From: Mobula hypostoma
Lineage: Eukaryota
Reading direction: 5' to 3'
DNA: 64,000 bases
Assembly (NCBI RefSeq): GCF_963921235.1
Contig: NC_086097.1
Span: 175,896,001-175,960,000, forward strand
How positions within the stretch are numbered: the stretch's first letter is position 1; each line of letters starts with the position of its first letter. The position numbers were made by a program, and so were the translations under genes. This document shows positions 27,601 to 39,600 of this stretch, in pieces. The notes below the pieces were generated by a model. It had not been told where the DNA came from, did not search any database, and saw nothing but the letters and a program-made list of their open reading frames with translations.

Positions 27601-30600
27601 AACGCAATAGAAAGGAAGGATATTAGCCAGGAGGATGTGGAATTGATATGGGTAGAGCTGTATAACACTAAGGGGCAGAAAACACTGGTGGGAGTTGTGT
27701 ACAGGCCACCTAACGCAAGTAGTGAGGTTGGGGATGGTATTAAACAGGAAATTAGAAATGCGTGCAATAAAGGAACAGCAGTTATAATGGGTGACTTCAA
27801 TCTACATAATCAAATTGGTAAGGGTGCTGAGGAAGAGGATTTCTTGGAATGTATGCAGGATGGTTTTTTGAACCAACATGTCGAGGAACCAACTAGAGAG
27901 CAGGCTATTCTAGACTGGGTATTGAGCAATGAGGAAGGGTTAATGAGCAATCTTGTCGTGAGAGGCCCCTTGGGTAAGAGTGACCATAATATGGTGGAAT
28001 TCTTCATTAAGATGGAGAGTGACATAGTTCTTTCAGAAACAAACGTTCTGAACTTAAAGAAGGGTAACTTTGAAGGTATGAGATGTGAATTAGCTAGATA
28101 GACTGGCAAATGACACTTAAAGGGTTGACGATGGATATGCAATGGCAAGCATTTAAAGATTTTGGCAAAAGAATAAATCAGGGAAGGTAGTGCACCCGTG
28201 GCTGACAAGGGAAATTAGGGATAGTATCAATTCCAAAGAAGAAGCATACAAATTAGCCAGAAAAAGTGGCTCACCTGAGGACTGGGAGAAATTCAGAGTC
28301 CAGCAGAGGAGGACAAAGGGCTTAATTAGGAAAGAGAAAAAAGATTATGAGAGAAAACTGGCAGGGAACATAAAAATGGACTGTAAAAGCTTTTATAGAT
28401 ATGTGAAAAGAAAAAGATTGGTTAAGACAAATGTAGGTCCCCTACAGACAGAAACAGGCGAATTGATTATGGGGAGCAAGGACATGGCAGACCAATTGAA
28501 TAACTACTTTAGTTCTGACTTCACTAAGGAGGACATAAATAATCTTCCGGAAATAGTAGGGGACAGAGGGTCCAGTGAGATGGAGGAACTGAGTGAAATA
28601 CATGTTAGTAGGGAAGTGGTGTTAGGTAAATTGAAGGGATTAAAGGCAGATAAATCCCCAGGGTCAGATGGTCTGCATCCCAGAGTGCTTAAGGAAGTAG
28701 CACAAGAAATAGTGGATGCATTAGTGACAATTTTTCAAAACTCTTTAGATTCTGGACTAGTTCCTGATGATTGGAGGGTGGCTAATGTAACCCTACTTTT
28801 TAAAAAAGGAGGGAGAGAGAAACCAGGGAATTATAGACCGGCTAGCCTAACATTGGTGGTGGGGAAAATGCTAGAGTCAATTATCAAAGATGTGATAACA
28901 GCACATTTGGAAAGCGGTGAAATCATCGGACAAAGTCAGCATGGATTTATGAAAGGAAAATCATGTCTGACTAATCTCATAGAATTTTTTGAGGATGTAA
29001 CTAGTAGAGTGGATGGGGAGAACCAGTGGATGTGATATATTTGGATTTTCAAAAGGCTTTTGACAAGGTCCCACACAGGAGATTAGTGTGCAAACTTAAA
29101 GCACACGGTATTGGGGGTAAGGTATTGATGTGGATAGAGAATTGGTTGGCAGACAGGAAGCAAAGAGTGGGAATAAACGGGACCTTTTCAGAAAGGCAGG
29201 CAGTGACTAGTGGGGTACCACAAGGCTCAGAGCTGGGACCCCAGTAGTTTACAATATATATTAATGACTTGGATGAGGGAATTAAATGCAGCATCTCCAA
29301 GTTTGCGGATGACACGAAGCTGGGCGGCAGTGTTAGCTGTGAGGAGGATGCTAAGAGGATGCAGGGTGACTTGGATAGGTTAGGTGAGTGGGCAAATTCA
29401 TGGCAGATGCAACTTAATGTGGATAAATGTGAGGTTATCCACTTTGGTGGCAAAAACAGGAAAACAGATTATTATCTGAATGGTAAACAACAGGAATTCT
29501 ACAGATGCTGGAAATTCAAGCAACACACATTAAAGTTGCTGGTGAACGCAGCAGGCCAAGCAGCATCTGTAGGAAGAGGTGCAGTCGACGTTTCAGGCCG
29601 AGACCCTTTGTCAGGACTCCTGACGAAGTGTCTCGGCCTGAAACGTCGACTGCATCTCTTCCTACAGATTATCTGAATGGTGGCCGATTAGGAAAAGGGG
29701 AGGTGCAACGAGACCTGGGTGTCATTATACACCAGTCTTTGAAAGTGGGCATGCAGGTACAGCAGGCAGTGAAAAAGGCGAATGGTATGCTGGCATTTAT
29801 AGCAAGAGGATTCGAGTACAGGAGCAGGGAGGTACTACTGCAGTTGTACAAGGCCTTGGTGAGACCACACCTTGAGTATTGTGTGCAGTTTTGGTCCCCT
29901 AATCTGAGGAAAGACATCCTTGCCATAGAGGGAGTACAAAGAAGGTTCACCAAATTGATTCCTGGGATGGCAGGACTTTCATATGATGAAAGACTGGATC
30001 GACTAGGCTTATACTAGTTGGAATTTAGAAGATTGAGGGGGGATCTTAATGAAACATATAAAATCCTAAAGGGATTGGACAAGCTAGATGCAGGAAGATT
30101 GTTCCCGATGTTGGGGAAGTCCAGAACGAGGGGTCACAGTTTGAGGATAAAGGGGAAGCCTTTTAGGACCGAGATGAGGAAAAACTTCTTCACACAGAGA
30201 GTGGTGAATCTGTGGAATTCTCTGCCACAGGAAACAGTTGAGGCCAGTTAATTGGCTATATTTAAGAGGGAGTTAGATATGGCCCTTGTGGCTAAAAGGA
30301 ATCACGGGTATGGAGGGAAGGCAGGTACAGGGTTCTGAGTTGGATGATCAGCCATGATCGTACTGAATGGCGGTGCAGGCTTGAAGGGCCGAATGGCCTA
30401 CTCCTGCACCTATTTTCTATTTTTCTATAATCAAAAATTCAATATATTGGGCAGAAGATACAAAAGCCAGAAAGCAGAGAGCAGCAGGCAGAAGGACAAC
30501 TTCTGCCCTGTTGTTATAAGACAATTGAATTGTCCACTTGCATGATAAGACAGGCTCTTGACCTCAATCTACCTCGTTATGAATTTGCACTTCATTGTTT

Positions 30601-33600
30601 ACCTGCCCTACACTTTATTCGTAGCTGCATTCTGTTGTTCTCCCTTGTACCGCAGTGCACTAATGTGATGAAATGATCTGTATTGATAGCATGCAAAACA
30701 ACATTTTTTTACTGTACCTCGGTACCTGAGACAATAATAAACCAATTTAATTCAATGGAAATAAGGGGACGTTGTGTAAAACACACAAGGGTGTATGGGA
30801 TAGAAGCAAATGGTGTAGGGGTGGGAGGGGGATAGGAATAATATAGAAACATTGGCACAGACCTCATGGGTTAAAACCTCTGGTCCTTGTACTACTGGCC
30901 CTTTGTAACGTCAGTTTACGGGAATAAATTTTGAACAGCAAAAAAAAGTACAGTACTGCCAATGTCAGTGATTACTGTATACCTTTCTTTCTATTAGTTG
31001 GTTAAATAAAACAATATTGTCTGGTACAGAAGCTTACCGTAGTTTTCTCTAGGCTCGGAATATTGTCATTAACATCCAAAATTTTGATGCGTACTGTAGT
31101 AGTTGCATGTAATCCATTAATATTTCCTCCTAAGTCCCGTGCTTCAATACGTAAGGAATATAAATCTTTCGTCTTCATAAGCAGAAACAGTATCAAGAAT
31201 CATTAGTACACACGAGTCTATAAGGTATAAAATCTGCTCTGCCATTCAGTCATGGCTCATTTCTTTTTCTCAATCCCATTCTGTCACTTCCTCCCCGTGA
31301 CTCTTCACTCATTTATCAATCAAGAACCTATCAATCTCTGCCTTAAATACACCCAGTGACTTCGCTTTCACAGCTCACTGTGGCAATAAATTCCACAAGT
31401 TCACCAACTTCAGGCAGAAGAAACTCCTCCTCATCTCAGTTCTAAAGAAATGTCCCTAGTGTTCTAAGAGATGTTCTAAAGAAACAAAGGAGGTGGTGAT
31501 GGACTTTAGGAAGACTAAGCCTGCATTGCTTCCTGTTAGTATTGATGGTGAGGACATGGATGTGGTTAAGACATACAAGTGCCTGGGGGTGCACCTGGAT
31601 AACAGACTTGAGTGGAGCACCAACACAGAGGTTGTGTACCAGAAGGGCTGGAGTTGCCTCTACTTCCTGATGAGACTGAGGCCCTTTGGGTTATGCAGGC
31701 CTCTCCTTCATTTGTTCTACCATTCTATTGTCGCCAGTACAGCCTTCTATCTGGTGGTGTGCTCGGGCAATGGCATCAACATGGATGATGCCAACAGGCT
31801 CAATAAACTGATTAGAACGGTGACTCTGTTATAGGAGTCAAATGGGACACACTGGAGGCTGTGGTAGAACAAAAGACCCTACGGAAAATCCTGACAATTC
31901 TGGACGTTTCCCACAGTCTGCTTGCCACCTTGGCTAAACGGAGGAGCACTTTAGTAATAGACTAAGACAACTATGCTGCTCCAAAGAGCGCTATATGAGA
32001 TCATTTTTGCCCTTGGCCATTAGGCTCAATAATGAGTCAAACTATGAAGTGATGACTCCCCCCCCCCCCATTAGACTGTTTGAGGTAACTTACCTTTTAT
32101 TCTTTCTTGCTTCTCTTCTAACATTTGTATATTTGTGCACTTGTATTGCTACTGTGACACTGTAATTTCCTTTGGGATCAATAAAGTATCTGTCTCTTAT
32201 TTTGAGCCTGTGCCCTTGGATCCTTGACTCTCCTATTAATGGAAACATCCTCTCCATGGCCAGTCCCAATTATAATCAACAATATCATTAGTACACTTCC
32301 AAAAAGATTATCAATTTCTTTCTTAAATTTATATTTTATCTTAAAAATCATCCAGTTAAAACTAACAACTTCAAATGAATAATCCAATAATTATTATATT
32401 GTTGATACAAGAGTCAAGCTTAGCATTTATTGTTTATCAATCATTTATCTATCTGCTTATTTGGAGGTAACATGGTAATAAGTACTTTCAGCCTATTGAC
32501 TCCATGCAGTTCAAATGCACCCATGTGAAGAATTAACCCACCAAATGGTACATCTTTGGAACGTGCAGGAAACTGGAATGACCAGAGGAAACTCATGTAG
32601 TCATGGGGAGAACGCACAAACTCTGTACAGACGGTGGCAGAATTGACTTGGGTTGCTGGCACTGTTATGGCGTTACCCAACTGCTACGCTACAGTGCGAC
32701 CCCATGTTGTGCTCAGTAAGAGATTACTCCCAAGTTCTGTAATGCTGCACACTATTCTGCTCTCCCCTGCAAATTAAAGTATTTTCTTCACATGTAGCCT
32801 CCATAGTCATAGTCATACTTTATTGATCCCGGGGGAAATTGGTTTTCGTTACATTTGCACCATAAATAATTAAATAGTAATAAAACCATAAATAGTTAAA
32901 TAGTAATATGTAAATTATGCCAGGAAATAACAAATCTAGAGATTCTCTCAATTTTTAATTCAACTTGCCACATCCCAAAAGGTTTGTTTTCTAATTAATC
33001 TGCAACGTATAAAGCTTATCAGTGTGCAATATATTGAATTTCCTCAATGTTCCACTGTTCCACTTTCTACAGAATCCCTACAGATACTGATGTAATGAAA
33101 TTATGGCTGATTACCAGGGTACATCCATTCTTTCTTTCTGCCTTTGGAGATCTAAAATCATTCACATTTTAACCCAAAATCAGAAAAATGGTGGAACTGG
33201 CTCCCATCAAAATTTGTTGCAGTTCAGGTGGAGTTAGACGAGTATCGAGGGAGAAGGGGACATAAAGGACCATGGTTATATAGGAATACAGAGCTGAGGT
33301 TACATCCATTGTTCATATCAAGTGGTGAGGCAGATTAAAGGTGCTGTGGCCTACACCTGCTTCTGTTTGTGAGATGGAGAGATGTTAAGTGTAGGCTCAT
33401 GTCAGCAGTTTGATGAATCAAAGCATGTTTCATTGGAGACACAAGGGACTGCAAACATTGCAACCTGGAGCCATACACAGTGGCTGCTGGAGAAACTCAG
33501 TGGGTCGAGCTCCATCTCTGGGGAGGGCTGGGTCGAGAAGGGAAATTGTTGACGCTTGCCTTTCTGGAGTTTGCATGGTTTCCCTGTGACTGGATGCATT

Positions 33601-36600
33601 TCTCATTGGTGCTCCAGTTTCTTCCCACACCCCAAAGACATGCAGGCTGGTGGGCTACTTTGGTCGCTGAGTGTGTGGTAGAAGCTGGAGGCGAGTTGAA
33701 TGGGGATGTGGATTAATGCAGGATGTAAAGTACGATCAGATGTCCCCAATATCACCAACCCAGAAATGTGTTCCAGGCCCTTACCACATTGTGTAAAAAA
33801 AACCCCCATCCCTAATGTCTCCCCTAAATATTCCATCACTCACTTTAAAAGAACGTCCTCTTGTATTAGCCATTGCCCCCTGAAAAAGCACTACTGGCTA
33901 TCCACTCTATCTATGCTTCTTATGATCTTAAACAACTCTATCAAGCCACCTCTTATCCTTCTTCATTCCAAAGAGAAAACCCTAGCTTGCTCAAACTTAT
34001 CCTTAGAATACATGCTCTTTAATCCAGGCAGCATCCCGGTCAATCTCTCTGCACCCCCTCTGAAGCTTTTACATCCTTTATTTTATGAGGTGACTGCAAC
34101 TGAACACAATTCTCCAAGTGTGATCTAGTCAGAGTTTTATAAAGTTGCAACATTACTTCACGGCTCTTGAACTCAATCCCCTGACTAATGGAGGCCAGCA
34201 CACCCATATCTTCCTAACCATTTGCATAGCAACTTTGGTAGAGAAATGGATGCAAAGCCCACGATCCTTCTGTTACTCTGCACTGTTGAGAATTCGGCTG
34301 GTACCTCAGTTTGACCTTCCAAAATGTATCATGTTACACTTTTCTGGAATGAACTCCCATCTGCCATTCCTCAGCTCAGCATTCTCTCACTGCCCTGTTG
34401 TAACCTACCACTATCTACACACCACCAACCTTCGTGTCATCTGCAAACTTACTAACCCACCCTTACACCTGCTCGTCCAAGTCATCTATAAAAGCCACCA
34501 AGAACCAGAGCTCCAGGACAGATCACTCTAGCACAGCACTAGTCACTGACCGCCAGGCAGGATATGCTCCATCTGCTACCAGTCTCTGCCTTCCATGGGC
34601 GTTCAGGGTGCTGTTTGACCCACTGAGTTTATGCTCTGCTCGAAGTGGGAGCTACTGGTTAGAGTGGTCTCAGTGAGCTGGAATACGCCCCATCTCTACA
34701 CAGCAACACACGCATGAGTAGTACTTTTACTAACCTCACGGTCCAGTTTAGGGTCCATTACTTGAACTACCCCGTCCGAACTGACAGCAAAAATTTTCTT
34801 ATGGATGTCAATAATGCTATAAGAAATCATGCCATTTTCACCAATGTCTTTATCTGTTGCTCTTATCGTAAGTGCAGCGGTACCTGGGGGGTGGGGGGGA
34901 GGAGGAAGCAAAGAAGCAGGTTTACATGAACAAACTAAAATCTTACCCCTTGTTAAATTCTTTATTTGGAGTATTGCATTCAATCCTGGCCACCCCACAT
35001 TAGGAAGGATCTAAAAACGCAAACACGAAGAAACCTGCAGATGCTGGAAATTCAAGCAACACACATCAAAGTTGCTGGTGAACGCAGCAGGTCAGGCAGC
35101 ATCTCTAGGAAGAGGTACAGTCGATGTTTCGGGCCGAGATGCAGGCAGCTGACATCTTTCTCCTCAGGGAGAAAGTTACTACTACTAGAAGGCATGCATT
35201 ATAGGTGAGAGGGCACAAATTCAAAGGAGATGTGCAGGACAAATTTTCATTTTACATGGAGAGTGGTGGGTTCTCTGGTGGTTTGATGTTTATTTTTAGA
35301 AGCTTTTTGTATGACGCATGGCTCTGGGGTTGTACACCTAATGGAGGTTCCCCCTCCCCCCCCCCACTTTTTCTGCTTAGTACGGTTTTTTTATTATCAC
35401 AAAATTTTTCAAACTTTAAGATAATGTTTTTTCTCCTTGAGACATTGTAAGTGTTGTTACTTCGATGTGCTCGTGTTATTTTTTTTTGAATAATATAATA
35501 ATAAAAAGATTTGAAAACAAAGAGAGTTCCTGCAATGGACTGCCAGGGGTGGTAGTGGGGGCATCTACAACAGAGCTGTATGGGTGACTCTTAGTCAGGC
35601 ACATGAATATACAGGGAAAGGAAGGATACGGGCCATGTGCAGGCAGGAGGGATTAAATTATTTAGGCATCAATGGCGTAATTAGTTTGGCACAACATTGG
35701 GCTGCTTTTAGCTTATTATTGTCACATGTACAGTGAAAAGCTCATCATGCATAATGTTTATACAGATCAAATAATTACAGTGTATTGAAGTAGGACAAGG
35801 TAAAACAATAACAATGAAATCAAAGTGTAAATCCAGTGAAAAAGTGCAGTGTAGGTAAATGATAAAGTGGAAGATCACAAGGGGGTAGACTGTATGGCCA
35901 AGAGTCCATGTTATCGTACAAGACATCTGTTCAAAAGTCTGGTAAAGTGGGATTTGAGCTGTCAGTGAGCCTGTTGGTATGTTCTTTCAGGCTTTTGTAT
36001 CTTCTGCTCGATGGGAGAGGGGAGAAGAGGGAATGTCCAGACAGAGTGGGGTCTTTGATTATGCTGGCTGTTTTACTAAGGCAGTGAGAAATATAGAGTC
36101 CACAGAGGAGAGGCTGTTCCTGTGTTGTGCTGAGTTGTGTCCACACTCTCTACACCTTCTTATGGTTATGTGCAGAGCAGTTACCATTATGCATAAAGAC
36201 AGAATGATTTCTATGGTGCATCAATAAAAATCAACATTATGGGCTGAAAGGCCCATTCCTCTGCTGTACTGTTCTATTTTCTCAGTTCTCATGTGATAAC
36301 CGTGCATCAATTTTCCCAATGGGATTTCAGGGCGTGCATAAATGTCAGCAACATATTGAAGATAGCATGGTGAGGCAACAGTTAATGTTGCTGTCACCAG
36401 CTCCAGAGGCTCTAGTTCAATTCTGACCCAAGTACTGTTCCCCCTGTGGCTGAGGAGGGTGATACAAGTTTCCACCCATGTCTCAAATGTTCATTGGCGT
36501 AGTTAAACTGGCAAGGGAATCACAGGATTGTGGTTGGATATTTAGGAGAGAATTGGACGGCCACTGGGAAAAGAAGTAGAAAACCGAATGGCACCAATGG

Positions 36601-39600
36601 GGTTGCTCTGCTGGGAGCCAGCATGGTGTTAATGGCCCAACTGGCACCCTTGGGTGCTGTAATAAATAATTCAGCAGACCAAGGGAGCATTGTATAAGCA
36701 CCATTCACAAGTAAAACACAAAGTAAACAAACAAGAATGAACATAAATAGAAGGAAAAATGTCAGTTTTAGTACTAAGTGATCAAAGAAGTCATATTTAT
36801 ACTGAGGTAGCGATTAGGGTTGCAGATGATGAAATGGACGAGAAAGACATCAGAGAAGTTCAGAACCTTTTAGTCCAGCTGTGACTGAGGCAGACACACA
36901 GCTGTCCACAAAGGTTACCTCCACAAAAAGAACTGCTGCCTGGGAAGAGACACAGTACACAAAGCTGATGGAAACACATACTGTATGAGGCCGGCGATCT
37001 TAGATCATTGGCTGAAAGGCAAATAGTGTTTAAAATGAGATGTTTAAACAAATTACTCACCAGTTAAACTGAGTTCTTCAACACTCCCCTCAAATACTGT
37101 CTGGTTGAATTCTGGAGGGTTGTCATTGACATCAAGTACTTTAATAAAGAGGTCAATTGGAGTTTCCTTTTGAACTCCAAATTGATCATAAGCATGACCT
37201 ATAATCTGAGAATGCAATAATGTAGAAATCCAGTAAACATTCACCAATATTTCCGGCACGGTTGCAATGTTTTCAACAATCAGAAGTATATTCAGAAGCT
37301 CCCTAGATTATGGAAGACCCCACTCATGGAAAACTGACTTTACAAAATTCACCCATAATTTTCTAAAGAAGGTTAACAAGTAACATTAATATGTTTCATA
37401 TTATTACATATTGGCATTGATTTATTATTGCCACAGGTACCAAAATACAGTGTACCATCTATACAGATTCCATACACAAGTACATAGAATTAATGAAAGA
37501 AAACAGAATGCAGAACGTAGTGTTACAGTAACAGAGAGAGTGCAGTGCAGGAAGACAGACAAAGTACAAGGGTTCATGACAAGGAATTTTGAAAGATTAT
37601 GAATAATTCATCCTTTGGTGTAGGAGAGGTCTGTTCAAGGGTAATATGCTATATTTAAGTTGCTGGTGTCACCATTGTCATTGGCCAAATCAAGGATTGT
37701 GGCGAATCAGTATATAGGAGGGAGATTGAAAATCTGGCTGAGTGGTGCCACAATAACAACCTCTCAGTCAATGTCAACAAGACCAAGCTGATTATTGACT
37801 TCAGGGAGAGGAAACCAGAGATCCATGAGCCAGTCCTCATCAGGGATCAGAGGCAGAGAGGGTCAGCAACTTGGAAATCCTCAGTGTTATCATTTCAGAC
37901 TACCCGTCCTGGGCCCAGCGTGTTAAGTGCCATTATAAAGAAAGCACAGCAGCACCTCTACTTCCTTACAAGTTTGCAAAGACTTGGCATGACATCTAAA
38001 ACTTTGACAAACTTTTATAGATGTGTGGTAGGAATTAATTGCATCATGGCCTGGTACAGAAGCATCAAAGCCCTTAAGTGGCTGCCCACTGTGAACAACA
38101 CACTGCAATCTTCATTCTTGGTAAACTCATTTAGTTCTCTATACACATTTTGTGCTTTCTCATGTCCTTATCTTTCACAGAGATTTTGACGTAAATGTTT
38201 TGGTGAAGAGTTGTGCATTCTGTAAAGGTGTATTTTTGTTACTCAAAATCCTTTAATGCAGGGCACACTTTGTAAGTTCCATTAGTTTCATTGTGACTCC
38301 CATGTTCTTGTAATACATGTCTCAGCTTACAAAAGAGAGGATCCCATGTGCTTAACAACTCTCTCAACTGGTCATTTTCACTGTAAAATGCATACTTACA
38401 TACAATCCCTCCATTGGAAACCTCCCTACCAAATTACATTGCATCTCTGGAGGAGACTAGTTCTCCACTCTACATTTGAAAGCTAAAGACACAAACTTGG
38501 GATACTTTTAGTCAGATGTCGGGGCAGCAGACCAGTAAGGACAAGGGCTGGTGGCCCCACCTCTGGTCAGCGAGTTCCAGGATCAGAGTTCCATGTGGGC
38601 AGTAGGCACGAGGGCTGGTGACCCCCTAGATATACGAATCAGTGAAACAAGAGTTTGAGGCCTACTGTTTGGGGTCCCATCATCAGCAAGTCTAAAGTTC
38701 TAGTATTTGGGGTCCTCACTAATTGTTATTGGTGAATCATAGGTCAATACCAAAGATTGAAGCTCAAAGGTCGATTGGAAATCTGAAAGTCTGTTGAAGC
38801 CTGGATCTGAGTCTCTGCAAGTCCACAGGGGGTGAAGTTGGAGTCCAATACAGGTTGAGTACCCTTTATTCAAAAAGCTTAGGGTTGGAAGAGTTTTGAA
38901 TTTTGGAAAATGTAAAGAGATAGCTCGAGATTGTCATCATTTCTATCTTTGAATTTACGTGCTACCGGTAAGTTGTCTTTGTCTTACACTTGTTCATCAC
39001 AAATATATACTTAACAGTAAAAAAAAATTGCATACCATTAATATAATGAAAATGTAATGTGTGCAGGGTAACAAATGCAGTTCAGCAGTATCGGGAGAAT
39101 ACCCGAATCAGCTGTTGAACAACAACAGAAGGGTTTCAGTCTCCACCTACGATGCTGTGTTTTGATTAAAAGGTTACAGTACACTGCATTTGTATTTTAC
39201 TTTTTTAAAGATTTTATGCAAGGTATTGTGTACAGTTCTGGTCATCCAACTGTAGGAAGGATATCGGTAAGATTGAAAGAGTGCAGAGAAGATTTACTAG
39301 GGTGTTACCAGTTCTGGTGTTAGATTTGTTCTGGTGTTAGATCTTCGTGATCAGCTGATACATTAAAATTTTAATGCTGTGCCTTTTCTTAAATTTCTGC
39401 AACCAACCTGCTGAATGTTCACAATTTATTTCAATTTTCAGATTGTTGTGATAGATCTTTGCTTGTTTAATGATCAGCATACTGTTAAGGAGCATATGTT
39501 CACTCCAACGCTAAAGATACACGATCGAGATCTTCATTTTTCACTTTATGCAATGTTTTCTATTTTTCATTAACTTCCGTTCATTACACCTGTGAGGTCA

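Larger units (their letters stand above)
27211..30428 (+). mobile_element. CR1 LINE with full-length but disrupted ORF2 (APE endonuclease and RT)
   Basis: NARSVRNK, GITETWL, GGGVALLV, VYRPPN, MGDFN, SDHN, YLDFQKAFDKV, KFADDTK; stops at ~28099, 29245 and 30015, a deletion near 28160, a frameshift near 29020; tail tattttctat. Confidence 0.95.
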
